Shown: piece after piece, positions 9,743-20,400 of the stretch
Layout: each line of letters starts with the position of its first letter
How positions within the stretch are numbered: the stretch's first letter is position 1
Origin: an uncultured archaeon
GTDB taxonomy: Archaea > Thermoplasmatota > Penumbrarchaeia > JASLWR01
Reading direction: 5' to 3'
Length of the DNA stretch: 64,000 nucleotides
Assembly (NCBI GenBank): GCA_964342815.1
Contig: CAYFHS010000002.1
Coordinates: 56,690 to 120,689 of the forward strand
Program-made: the position numbers and the translations under genes
Notes under the pieces: generated by a model
Told to the model about the DNA's origin: nothing
What the model saw: only the letters and a program-made list of their open reading frames with translations
The model's database searches: none

Positions 9743-12700
9743 TTATACCCAGCCATCCCACTCCTCACAATCATCCATTTTATTACCAAATTCTTCCCCC
9801 TCATCACCCACTTCCACATCGTCCTCATCTCCGACCTCGATCCCCATATGTTCATTTTCGCCCTTCCCGCGCCGATGAACAAAGAAAAATAATACCGCTG
9901 CCACACCCACAACTACAATCACCACCAATATCCAAAGCATCAAGGGTCCAAGAAAGCCTTTCTCATCTTTTCCGGCATCATCCCCCCCGTTATCCACGGT
10001 TGGTGTTATCACGTTTATCGTCCAACTGTAATTATGAGAATTTCCGGCCGGATCGAGAATAATCACCCGCAATTCATGCGTTTCCGGTCCTTCTCCAGCC
10101 ACAAATGAAAATGAATTTTTTCCGTTATAAATTATTTCCTGACCCAGATACCAGCGGAATTCCAGGTCGTCCGGCTCGCCCGGGGAAACCGTCACGGCAA
10201 ATTCAATAATTTCACCTCCCTTCACGGTTATCTCATCCATCTCCGGCGTCCTGCCCTCAATCATTGGAGGCAGATCATCCCTCGGAACCACCGGACCCAC
10301 CCACTGCGGCCCTTTATTGGAATTGTTGGCAAGATCAAAGGCCATGACGGTAACATAATAACTGAAACCATCTTCAAGAGAACTGCCGTTGCACGTGGTG
10401 AGCGATAGCTCTTTAACACTTATATCTTGTATTGCAGCCTCCGGCTCCAGCTGAAGCGGATCAACGGAATCATTCTTTGTTATGTAAACAGAATAATGGC
10501 CGAAATCGCCAGCCGTATCATCAACAGGCGTCCAGCTTACCGTAACGGAATTCCCGTTATCGGCAGGGGTGTCCATGGCCATAATATTCAAAACCGCTCC
10601 CGGCGGCGTCAGGTCCGGGGGCTCGAGGAGAACTATCGCAAGATCGGAGCCCAAAAGGCCGTCGCCGTCACTGTTGTTGTATCTGTCCGATAACGTTGTC
10701 TCCACGAGATATTCGCCGGCAGCGAATCCCTTAGTATTCCAAATAAAATAATAACTTCCTTCAAACCCTTCCATCAGCGTTTCATTTACAATAATATCTC
10801 CAGCGGCAGACGATATGGCGATAGTCCCCGCTAAACCGGTTTCGCCGTACATTTCAATGACCCTTATAACCACTTCCGAGCCGGGAGGATAGGTCCCGCT
10901 TGTGTCAAGCCCTACGGAAGAACTTACCGCCAAGATAACGGGTGCCGTTTCGTCCACCAGGGCCATGATCAGATCCGGGCTGCCGGGCAGACCGTCCCGA
11001 TCCGTATTCGAGGAAATGTCAGCGAGAGTGGTCTCGACCTCGTAATCGGCTGAAGGGACCGATCCGTTGGTGTTCCATATATAGTAGTATATCCCGGACC
11101 CGGCATTCTTCAATTCCCCATTTGCTACCCTTCCGCCGATGATATCGGAGTTTATAGTAACGGTGCCGGTCAAACCTTCCTCGCCAATTGCCTCCGTCAC
11201 CGTAATATTTACCAGAGAACCGATCTCGTACATACCGTCGGTATCGTTACCTACCGAAGAAGCTACTCTCGATATCTCAGGCGCCACGTTATCGATCAAT
11301 CTTATCTCGAGGTCTGGCGAATGCGGTAAACCGTCATGGTCGCCGTTGCCAAGTTCATCAATAAGAGTGGTCTCCACATGATAGACGCCCCCCGGACACC
11401 CGGCAGTATCCCAAATAAAACGATAAACGCCCCACCCGTCATCCACAAGCTCAAATTCTTCGCTAGACCCAACTGAACCATTGCCATCCGGTTCGGCCAA
11501 TCTAATGGCGATATTTCCTTGGAGCCCGGCCGTTCCATGTCCCTCGACGACAGTAAATTCCACCGTGTGACCCCGCACATATTCTCCAGTCTCATTGCCC
11601 TTAGTCGCCCATACATGGGTGATCTCCGGCGGCGTATCATCCAAGATTTTTTTTACGGTAACGTTTGCGCGCGACATCTCCCGTATATCAATCCTCACTC
11701 GGCAGATGCACTGCTCTCCGGGCGTGTTGATAAGCTGTTCCACTTCCAGGTGTCGGTCAAGCAGAAGGTTTCCGGCAAGGTCGCGCCATTCTCCCACTGC
11801 TCCGTAGCTCTCTCCCGGTTCAAGCGGAGGCATGATGAACTCCAGAAAACCGTGATCGAATTCTTCCAGTAATTCATTCACCACTCTTCCGGTAACCTCG
11901 GCAGCGGTACCGTTATTGGACGGGGTGAAACTAATGTTGATCTTACCTGCGGGAATAGCCGACAGGTCATCACGGACACCGTTGCCGTCACCGTCATAAG
12001 TGTATGAATCTATCCGCGAGCCGTTAACCCTTACCAACCTGAAACCCTCTTCGCCCCCCCATCCTTCCTTGGTTCCGGATTCTGTGAGAACGAAAAGCGG
12101 AAACTCCCTCTCGTCCACGCTGCCGTCCTCGATCACGTCAACAAAATCCTTATCGTGCACCCGGTTCTCGTGCTCGTGCCCGTGAAAACTGAAGGTAACG
12201 TTATATGCACGCATAAGCTCACGGTATTCCTCGGCGTTCTGTTCCAGATACGTGTCGTTTCCGAAAGGGGTAAGATACGTGGTATTGATAGGTTTATGGT
12301 GCATGAAAGTAAATTGATTTTTACTATCCATGTTCGCCGCAAGTTCAGTCTCTATCCATGCCAGCTGTTCATCCGTTATGCCGTTCCCCCCTGACGATCC
12401 GTTGTCGTTCATGGGCCAGGTCACCTGTGAATCTATTCCAATAAAATGAGCCTGTTCACCGTAATCAAAGGCAAAGTTCAGCTCCGGACTGATAAATTCC
12501 TCATAATCGCCGATATAGGTGGTGGGCCAATAACTGTAATCGTGGTTACCCGGTACCGTGTAGATCGGAAATCCCAGGCCCGGATCGCTGGCAACCCTGT
12601 AACGGTACATCTCGTCCTGGTGCTCCGGCGGAATATCCTCCATATCATACAGGTCCGGCAGTTTGTCGCAAACATCCCCGGTGTTTATCACAAAAGCGGG

Positions 12701-13282
12701 TCTGATGAAATTCAGTTCGCGGATAATATTGCCGAAATCCTCGTAGGTATCCATGGATTTGTTTCCTATGTGTATGTCCGTTACATGAACAAAATCGAAT
12801 TTTTCACTGAATTCGCTTATAACCGATACCGAGTGGGGTTGCGTGTAAGCAGTTCCATTTGCTGTTATGGTCAGATCATATATATCGAGTAACACGTAGG
12901 GAGGGATCTCGAGGTCAACCAGCCAGAAGGAGGGCTCAAATACAGCCGAAGAAACGTTCAACCTGAAATTCGAATACCATGTGGATAATTCGGCGCCCCA
13001 TGATATTCCCGCGTACTCTTCCGGAACCTCGATCCTCGCCGTGAAACTTTCACCGCGCAGCTTCATCTCGGGACAGCCCAGACTTGGATGGATTATCTTT
13101 ATGGAATTTGGGCCCCGAAAACCTCCTGCAGGTGATCCATGCGCAGCATTCATTTCCGGATCAAAGGGTTGTACCCCTTCTCTCTCGTGCGAAAATGTCC
13201 AAGCGAAAAAAAAAGTAAGCACGCATAGTAATAACACAAAGTAAACGGAAGCTGCTTTTCGAATGATCATTCTCGTCATCAT
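9743..13282 (-). CDS. Secreted calcineurin-like metallophosphoesterase with three repeated Ig-like modules, an fn3-like domain, TM anchor and acidic tail
   Basis: DIH, GD, GNHD, H and HGH metallophosphoesterase motifs in order; three repeats of P.I..V.SS.G.D..G.Y..G..V...V.E..GE.GL.G...YY.IWNT; C-terminal TM. Confidence 0.85.
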   Translation of the reverse strand: MMTRMIIRKAASVYFVLLLCVLTFFFAWTFSHEREGVQPFDPEMNAAHGSPAGGFRGPNSIKIIHPSLGCPEMKLRGESFTARIEVPEEYAGISWGAELSTWYSNFRLNVSSAVFEPSFWLVDLEIPPYVLLDIYDLTITANGTAYTQPHSVSVISEFSEKFDFVHVTDIHIGNKSMDTYEDFGNIIRELNFIRPAFVINTGDVCDKLPDLYDMEDIPPEHQDEMYRYRVASDPGLGFPIYTVPGNHDYSYWPTTYIGDYEEFISPELNFAFDYGEQAHFIGIDSQVTWPMNDNGSSGGNGITDEQLAWIETELAANMDSKNQFTFMHHKPINTTYLTPFGNDTYLEQNAEEYRELMRAYNVTFSFHGHEHENRVHDKDFVDVIEDGSVDEREFPLFVLTESGTKEGWGGEEGFRLVRVNGSRIDSYTYDGDGNGVRDDLSAIPAGKINISFTPSNNGTAAEVTGRVVNELLEEFDHGFLEFIMPPLEPGESYGAVGEWRDLAGNLLLDRHLEVEQLINTPGEQCICRVRIDIREMSRANVTVKKILDDTPPEITHVWATKGNETGEYVRGHTVEFTVVEGHGTAGLQGNIAIRLAEPDGNGSVGSSEEFELVDDGWGVYRFIWDTAGCPGGVYHVETTLIDELGNGDHDGLPHSPDLEIRLIDNVAPEISRVASSVGNDTDGMYEIGSLVNITVTEAIGEEGLTGTVTINSDIIGGRVANGELKNAGSGIYYYIWNTNGSVPSADYEVETTLADISSNTDRDGLPGSPDLIMALVDETAPVILAVSSSVGLDTSGTYPPGSEVVIRVIEMYGETGLAGTIAISSAAGDIIVNETLMEGFEGSYYFIWNTKGFAAGEYLVETTLSDRYNNSDGDGLLGSDLAIVLLEPPDLTPPGAVLNIMAMDTPADNGNSVTVSWTPVDDTAGDFGHYSVYITKNDSVDPLQLEPEAAIQDISVKELSLTTCNGSSLEDGFSYYVTVMAFDLANNSNKGPQWVGPVVPRDDLPPMIEGRTPEMDEITVKGGEIIEFAVTVSPGEPDDLEFRWYLGQEIIYNGKNSFSFVAGEGPETHELRVIILDPAGNSHNYSWTINVITPTVDNGGDDAGKDEKGFLGPLMLWILVVIVVVGVAAVLFFFVHRRGKGENEHMGIEVGDEDDVEVGDEGEEFGNKMDDCEEWDGWV

Positions 13283-13321
13283 AACGAAACCGCCGGGGCG
13301 TGTAAAATAAAAATTTTTTGT

Positions 13322-15145
13322 TCACTTCAACTTCATCTCGATGGTGCGGATGCTGTCTTTGTATTCCTTCCTCAATCCCGCGTAATCGGTCTTTGAAATG
13401 CTCTTGTTCTCGAATTCTTCACGCAGGAGGCGAAGGGCAGTTCTTTTCTCTTTCAGATCCCGCTTAAGTTTATTTTTATCCTCTCCATCATCCTTCTGCG
13501 GCCACCGGTCCCTCCGCTTCGATTTGCGGGTGGTGGTTTTTTTCTCCGTTTCCGGTTTTTTCTCCGTTTTTACCGTCTTGAGAGCCGGTTTTCTTGATGA
13601 TAACATCCAGACTCCCAGTATTATAACGACAACTATGATGATGATCACCAGATAAACGTTGGTATAATCCGAGCCGTCCTCTTGGGGGAAATCATCGGGA
13701 TCAAGAGGATTTGTGCGTGCCCTATATTCTTTGATGTTCGAAAAACCGTCTTCGTCCTTGTCATAGGAGGAATCGTCGCCAAAAGGATCCAGTCCGTACT
13801 TGTATTCCCATTTGTCCGGCATCCCGTCCTCGTCCCTGTCTGTTTCCTCACTCATCTCCTGTTCAACAATTTTTCGTATGTATATATCCCGTCTTCCGCC
13901 GATCTTCACCGTAGGTTCCTCACACACCACATAGCACCCGGGGTCATAGGCAATTATCCCTGAAGCTCCCGCATCCCGTTTGCCGTTGCTGATCGAAATC
14001 TCCTTCTCGACCGGGAAACCTTCTTCTCCTCTTTGATTATGTCTCAGGTAAATGTCATATCCGTTTCTAAACACCAGATAACGATCACCGTCCGATGCGA
14101 TGCCCAGGGATGGAAGCATCTGCTCGTGCTGGGAGAGATTGTTCACCGGCGGGTACACTCCACTGGGAAAATAATCGCCGGAATCGCTCGATGTTACCCA
14201 AAAGATCCAATGATCGTCCTTACCTTCCCGGTCATCATTCCACAGGACGTAGAGTATGCCGCTCCCCTCTCCGAATATCTGCGGTTTTCCTACCTGAAAT
14301 GGACCCTCGTTCGGGTAGGTGAGCTTGTCCAGCTTGTCTATGGATCTGGGAGTATTAAATGTTCCCTCCGTGTGCAGCGCCCTGCTGAAATATATTCTAC
14401 TGCCTGCTTCCCAGGTGCAGTATGCGTAGGTGTCGTCTGCGAAAATTGATGATGAGTTGCAGTTACCCTTATTGGGATTGGAAACTATCTTGGGCTCCGA
14501 AAAGGAATTGCCCCCATCATTGGATTTAGAGAAGTAGAGCTGGGTACCCTCTGTCTGATTGCCGGACGCGAGGAAGCTGCAGTATATCTTTCCGGTGGGG
14601 GCAACTCCAATGGACGGGGCGCGAACGGACTCATATTCCCCAGTTATTTCACTTACATCCGCAAAAGTGCTTCCCCGGTCAACGGATTTTGCAAAAAAGA
14701 CGGTCTCGTTGCCGTCATCACGGTCCTGTTCCCACGCAAGGTAATACCAGTTTGTCATGTCAGCAATGGCCAGGTCGGCATTTCCCATTCCTTTACCGGC
14801 AGGAAGATTGATGGTGAAAGGTTCCTCGAAATCGTCCCCCCAGTACTGAGAGCGGCTTATCTTGAATACACTTTCAGATGCCCCCGGAGCGTAATGCTCC
14901 CAAATGGCGACGGCGGCACCCACTGCATCTTTCCTCACTATCGGATTTCGATTCGCTCCTCCAATATTTTCGCTGATAACGGTGGTTTTCTCGATCACAA
15001 GTTCGAGGGGGACCGATACAGGACCTTCCGGCATGAAATCCTCATCCTGCGACCTGCCGATACCCGATAGAAATGAGAATACCATTAACAGCAGTACTGA
15101 GACGACCAGTATTGAAAGAATGTTGCTGAATTTTTGTTCTGCCAT
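13322..15145 (-). CDS. Secreted BNR/Asp-box protein with DxDxDG Ca-binding repeat, TM and a SHOCT-like cytoplasmic tail
   Basis: Asp-boxes SVDRGSTF, SNDGGNSF, SSDSGDYF; DRDEDGMPDKWEYKYGLDP; TM; LRLLREEFENKSISKTDY. Confidence 0.8.
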   Translation of the reverse strand: MAEQKFSNILSILVVSVLLLMVFSFLSGIGRSQDEDFMPEGPVSVPLELVIEKTTVISENIGGANRNPIVRKDAVGAAVAIWEHYAPGASESVFKISRSQYWGDDFEEPFTINLPAGKGMGNADLAIADMTNWYYLAWEQDRDDGNETVFFAKSVDRGSTFADVSEITGEYESVRAPSIGVAPTGKIYCSFLASGNQTEGTQLYFSKSNDGGNSFSEPKIVSNPNKGNCNSSSIFADDTYAYCTWEAGSRIYFSRALHTEGTFNTPRSIDKLDKLTYPNEGPFQVGKPQIFGEGSGILYVLWNDDREGKDDHWIFWVTSSDSGDYFPSGVYPPVNNLSQHEQMLPSLGIASDGDRYLVFRNGYDIYLRHNQRGEEGFPVEKEISISNGKRDAGASGIIAYDPGCYVVCEEPTVKIGGRRDIYIRKIVEQEMSEETDRDEDGMPDKWEYKYGLDPFGDDSSYDKDEDGFSNIKEYRARTNPLDPDDFPQEDGSDYTNVYLVIIIIVVVIILGVWMLSSRKPALKTVKTEKKPETEKKTTTRKSKRRDRWPQKDDGEDKNKLKRDLKEKRTALRLLREEFENKSISKTDYAGLRKEYKDSIRTIEMKLK

Positions 15146-15157
15146 GACACTGCCCCG

Positions 15158-15973
15158 CTAATCCAATAACTCAATGGAAGTTCGGTAGGTGGAATGAAGT
15201 TCGACGATATCCCGGTTCTGCCTAGCCGTTAGCTCGTGGAAAATAATTGATCGTCCTTGCGTTAGCCCGGAATGTTTTACGGCCAGTACGTCCCATAGGA
15301 CAATCTTCATGGACGAGGTTGTATCCATGAGAATGACGTTCAGAACGTGGCCCGTGCTCCCGCTTCTCCGAGTGAAATCCCTAAGGTCAAATACTGTGGC
15401 GATCTCTCCCTTTACGCTGTACGTACCCCCTACCTGGATATCCTCTATAGGTGTTATATTCTTCTTTTTCTCCGGTGGAGCTTCAAATTCAGAGAAGTCT
15501 TCCGGGTCTAAAACTACGGCACCCCATTTGCCCGGTGATATCTGTCTCCCGTAGTTGTTCTCTTTCACCATTCCGTTGGCGATCTTTATTTTAGAACCTG
15601 TTTCAATTTTCTTTTCCAATAATGTATCAATGCACTTCTCGTCCCATATCACTACTTTTATCCGTCCCGTGGCATCCCCTATGGTGAAGCTAAGCATCTT
15701 CCCTTCCTTCCCGGTCTTTCTTCTATAGTTATTCACCTCAAGTTCGGAGATTACGAGACCGTAAATTGTGGCTGAGAGACCATCGGTGAGGTCTTTTATG
15801 GGAATGGATGACGCAAGGTCGATGCCCAAATGACTGGCGGCAATATAGGAGGCAGCCAGCCTGTCGAAAAGGTCTCCGGAATCTGCCAATACAGATTCAG
15901 TCTTCTCAACGTAGCTTTCGAACAATCCCCCCTTTGCTGCGAGAGCGTCGATTTCCTCCTGTGTGAAGGGCAT
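15158..15973 (-). CDS. rpa: Replication protein A-like OB-fold ssDNA-binding protein
   Basis: Two OB folds: G.EGKMLSFTIGDATGRIKVVIWD and G.TGHVLNVILMDTTSSMKIVLWD. Confidence 0.85.
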   Translation of the reverse strand: MPFTQEEIDALAAKGGLFESYVEKTESVLADSGDLFDRLAASYIAASHLGIDLASSIPIKDLTDGLSATIYGLVISELEVNNYRRKTGKEGKMLSFTIGDATGRIKVVIWDEKCIDTLLEKKIETGSKIKIANGMVKENNYGRQISPGKWGAVVLDPEDFSEFEAPPEKKKNITPIEDIQVGGTYSVKGEIATVFDLRDFTRRSGSTGHVLNVILMDTTSSMKIVLWDVLAVKHSGLTQGRSIIFHELTARQNRDIVELHSTYRTSIELLD

Positions 15974-16091
15974 AATATACTAAACACAATCAATGTATTT
16001 GTAAATTACTGTAATGAATTGACGCCGCCTGCTTCGAGGAACGAGAGGGATATGGAAATATTTTTATCGGGTCGGGGTGATGGGGTAGCTG

Positions 16092-16478
16092 ATGACCGAA
16101 GGGTGTTTATTCTGTGATTTGGATAAAAATAATGATCGTGAGATACTATTTTCCTCCGAAAGGCTCGTGGCTGTATGGGATGCTTTTCCGGTAACTCCGG
16201 GACATATTCTTATTATTAGCAAAAAACACAGAAACGATTTTTTCGAGTTGGAGGGAACGGAGTACCATGAACTGCAGGGTATGATACTGCGAGCCCGGGA
16301 ATTTATCAAAAACGAAGGAAAATCCCCTGACGGATACAACATAGGAATGAACTGCAATGAAGCTGCGGGTCAGACCATCATGCACTTTCACTGTCACGTG
16401 ATTCCACGCTACCGGGGCGATACAATGAAACCGAGAGGCGGCGTAAGACACTGTGTTGCCGGCAAGGGAATTTATTGA
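16092..16478 (+). CDS. HIT family hydrolase
   Basis: CLFC N-terminus; DAFPVTPGHILIISKKH; GYNIGMN.NEAAGQTIMHFHCHVIPR. Confidence 0.95.
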   Translation: MTEGCLFCDLDKNNDREILFSSERLVAVWDAFPVTPGHILIISKKHRNDFFELEGTEYHELQGMILRAREFIKNEGKSPDGYNIGMNCNEAAGQTIMHFHCHVIPRYRGDTMKPRGGVRHCVAGKGIY

Positions 16479-16548
16479 TGAATTTTGATGAAGCATATTG
16501 GTTTATCAACAGAATTGTCGATTGCTGTTTCCTGCATCCTCGTGGGAC

Positions 16549-17373
16549 TTATGGAAGTAGCGGACACCTCTTTTCCGTTACCCTTATCCTTTCGAGAACT
16601 CCCCGGGATATTGTCAATGGTGAAAAACTCGACAAAAAGTCGAGATTTGCAGCTTGACAATGTTCGCGGAATCGCGGTCCCGAAGGGCCGATTCCGCTGA
16701 ATAGAACACATTTATCCCTGTTCATTGACGCGCTTCCAAGCAGCCATTCGACTATTTCCCGGCAGTGAAGGGCTCCGAAGAACGCCACTGCGCTGTTGTC
16801 CCTTCTCATCAACTCGAAGATCAAGTGTTCCAACATGACCATGCTTCTTCGGGTTATACTGCGCTTGTAAAATTTCTCCGCACCGACCTCATCTACGATC
16901 TCTATTATCCCTCTCCAGTAATTCTCCAAACTTTCTCTCATTCCACCAATAAGAAGAAACCTGGTGGAAAGTGATTCAAGATATAGGATATACATTTCCG
17001 AGGCGGCCTGATCCCTCTCCTCTGGAGTCTCGACGTAGGCGATCTCTTTGCCGTTTTCCAATGAATAATTCTCTGCCCACCTTTCCGGTATGAATGTCTC
17101 TCCGAGGGAGGAGTAACCGGCCCTCTGAATCAGCGAAACTGCCTCGTCGACGAAAAGTTCCTCGATCTCGGCAGGGTACCCAAGCTCCTCGAGGATACCT
17201 TGAATAATTCCGACCTGATGACGGCTCAAGGCCTCCTTAACTTTCGGCAGTACATCACTGACACCTGCAACGAGAGGATGCTCGAACACGATAGTGTTTG
17301 CCCCGTGGATCAATGGTGCAAGAGTTGTCGAAATATCTTTGTCGAGAATATGATGAGTCCCAACAAGTACTAT
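16549..17373 (-). CDS. TraB/GumN (TIKI)-like protein, probably starting at a non-canonical ATA
   Basis: Frame is open upstream of the called TTG to ATA at 17373, adding IVLVGTHH; also IVFE, VETPEE, RRSMVM and FGALH motifs; AAGGTG RBS upstream. Confidence 0.55.
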   Translation of the reverse strand: MVLVGTHHILDKDISTTLAPLIHGANTIVFEHPLVAGVSDVLPKVKEALSRHQVGIIQGILEELGYPAEIEELFVDEAVSLIQRAGYSSLGETFIPERWAENYSLENGKEIAYVETPEERDQAASEMYILYLESLSTRFLLIGGMRESLENYWRGIIEIVDEVGAEKFYKRSITRRSMVMLEHLIFELMRRDNSAVAFFGALHCREIVEWLLGSASMNRDKCVLFSGIGPSGPRFREHCQAANLDFLSSFSPLTISRGVLERIRVTEKRCPLLP

Positions 17374-17441
17374 TCAGTATAACACCTTGCTTTGTGTTGA
17401 GAAAAAAACTATAAAAAGCTAAAGGGACCGTGAAATTTACC

Positions 17442-20400
17442 TTATAAATTCCATGATTCCAGCCCCTCTTGCGCTTGAGAGGTGTCATGTCGTTCTTCCG
17501 AATCATCTTCCTCTGCGTCCTCATCCCAATCGGTATCGGTAAACGCTTCGGGGCCGTACGAATGCATGGATTCATCCTCATCCTCGCCCTCATTCCCATC
17601 CATATCCTCGCCCTCATTCCCATCCATATCCTCGCCCTCATTCCCATCTATATCCTTATCCTCATTCCCATCTATATCCTTATCCTCATTCCCATCTATA
17701 TCCTCACCCTCATTCCCATCCATATCCTCACCCTCATTCCCTTCCATGTCCTTATTCTCATCCGCATCCTCAACCTCGCCCTCATTCCCTTCCATGCCCT
17801 TATTCCCATCCGCGTCCTCAACCTCGCTCTCATTTCCATCCATATCCTCCCCCTCATTCCCATCTATATCCTTATCCTCATTCCCATAATCATCCCCGTT
17901 TTGATCCCCGTCATAGTGGCCATAGTCTTCCGAAGCATACATCACTTTTCCCGAATCATCCGTCCGCATAGGAACCAGGTCGACAATATCGTGTTCGTCG
18001 TTTTTCGAGAACCAATCTTCCTCCTCACTGTGCGACATTGTCGGGTATTCTTCAAAATCCGACTGATAGTTGTTATCTGCGAACGATTCGGAAAAATACT
18101 CTCCCTCGTCCTCATATTCGATGGAATCTTCTTCGCCGTATTTTTCGAATGATTCCCAGTCCTGGGAAGTATTCTCCGGCAAAAGATATTCCTCCTCGAT
18201 CTCCCCATGAGAAATATATAAGGCGTCGCCTCGGCTCGTATCTTCAAACATTGGATAAGGCTCTCTCTCTAGATCGGAAACTGGAAATTCTGCATCCTTT
18301 CCCGGCCCCATTATTCCGGAACGGCTACCGGAAGTTTTCCGTTTCCGAATCCCTCTTTCACCATATAGACGGATAGCCTCTTTCTCCATATTTTCAGCTT
18401 CTTCATCCGGCTCATTGAGAGATTCTTTTCTCTTTTTCCGCTTTGATGAATATATAACGAGCAATATTATCACCAGTACCAGGATGGAGACAATGATCAG
18501 AAAAATGTACTGGTATGCAGGACTCATTGGAAGGAACGACATCATTCCGGAACCGCCGTCATCCTCATTTTTATCCGTTATCGTGATCCTCCTCTGGTAA
18601 ATGCTGCTTTCAAGCCCGGAGGCATCCCTCACCCTGAGACCGGCCGTAAAGGTTCCTTCTTTCGAATATGAATGAGTGACGTTCTCCATGGTCACCCAGT
18701 TGCTGAAGGTTCCGTCTCCGTAGATGTATTTGTACGTCCCCACTCCCATATTGTCCGATGATTCGGAAGCCGAGAAGGTCATCACCTCACCTTTTTCCAC
18801 GTCATCCGTTAGGGGTTTGAAAAATGCACTGGGCGGCGTGGTGTCCAGTTTGAAGATAAAGGAGTTTGGGGTCTCGCGGTTTCCGGCCATATCAACGGAA
18901 TAGTAATAAAACACATGCTCTCCGTCCTCCAGCTCATCCCCCAATGTTCGCTGGAACTCCCTTACTTTCATATCATAATCAAAATAATAATACGTTTTGA
19001 AGACGTCTTTGGAAAAGGACTCCAGCTCAAGTGTTATATTGTTGTACCAGTCATTATCCCCGTCAGGGAACATGGGCTCCCTGGTGAATCTTGTGATGGG
19101 CGGATTGACATCGATGATTATCTCAATATGTTGAGTTTCCTCCTTGTTGTTCGCGGTATCCACCGAGTAAAAGGAAAGATTGTGCGAGCCGATGGTGGGT
19201 ATGATCTCATCCATGAGCGGATCGTAAACCAGCGGAAGTTGATCGTCCCAGTAAAAGTAGCTTACCGCTTCCGGATCATCGCTATAGAAATATATCTCCG
19301 GTATGCTGGTATAGATTCCATTGGTCCCATCTGGTTCCTCGGGGAACAGGGTAATCGTGGTGATGGGAGATATCGTATCGGTCCTGATAACCACTTCCTT
19401 AAGGTACTCCTGATTTCCCGCTTCGTCAATTGAATAGAACGAGAGAACGTGCTCTCCTTCAGGCGATTCGAGATATCTGTTGTAGAGATTAAAGGTATCC
19501 CCGTCCCAGGAATAAAGAGTTTCAACCAGCTCATCCGCGATAAGCTCTATACGTACCGTCTCGTTGTACCATTCGCTGCTATCAACTGGTGAATCATCGA
19601 TTCTCATGTCTGCAACCGTTATGGGGGCCATGGTGTCGATTTTCAGAATCATTTCTTTCGGCTTTTCAATGTTCCCCGCCTCATCTTCGGACCAATAATA
19701 AAGAACATGCTCCCCTTCGAGGGTTCCGACATTCCCATCGTACAGCTTCTCATCACCGTCATCCCACTTGTAAAATATCTTTGCCTCGGGCTCGCCCGAT
19801 AGCTCGATGTTGGGATGTGTGACGTACCAGCCGTTGAATAGAGGACCGTCGGGTTTCTCGGGGATCAGTAACATGACGGTTTCCGGGAGAAGAGTGTCAA
19901 CCATGTAATTGTACGTTCGGGTCAACTCCCGGTTGGAGTATTCGTCAACCGAATAGAAGTTTAGATTATTGATGCCCTCGGGAACTTGAAATGCAGATGT
20001 ATAGATATTTGTCTCATTTTCCTCATCATTCCAGTAATAGTAGGTTGTTGCTAAGGGCTCGGTGCTCAGGGAGATCTCAGGTTCGGTAACATAATAACCG
20101 TTCTTGCCATCCGGGACCACGGGATTTACCGATATGGTGGTCACCGGAGGAAGTGTATCCATGTGTATTATCCCGAAATCATAGTTGGCACCCTCATCAG
20201 CCGTTACAATCATGATGACCGTGGAAAACGTCGAGCCGAAACCGGGAAGAGGGTGTTTGCCGTAATCCGAGGCGTCTAGATTCATATAGTCCACTTCCAC
20301 GCTCGTAGAGCCCATCTTGACAACCCATACCGCAAAATCGTTACCTCCCCCTTTTCCCTTGAATTCCAGACCAAAACCTTCCTGGCCATTCCTGAACTTG

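Noticed and set aside
17580-17890. Regular 24-bp repeats as a CRISPR array
   Set aside because: Units are contiguous with no unique spacers, are a multiple of 3, and lie in frame within the peptidase tail; no cas genes are present.
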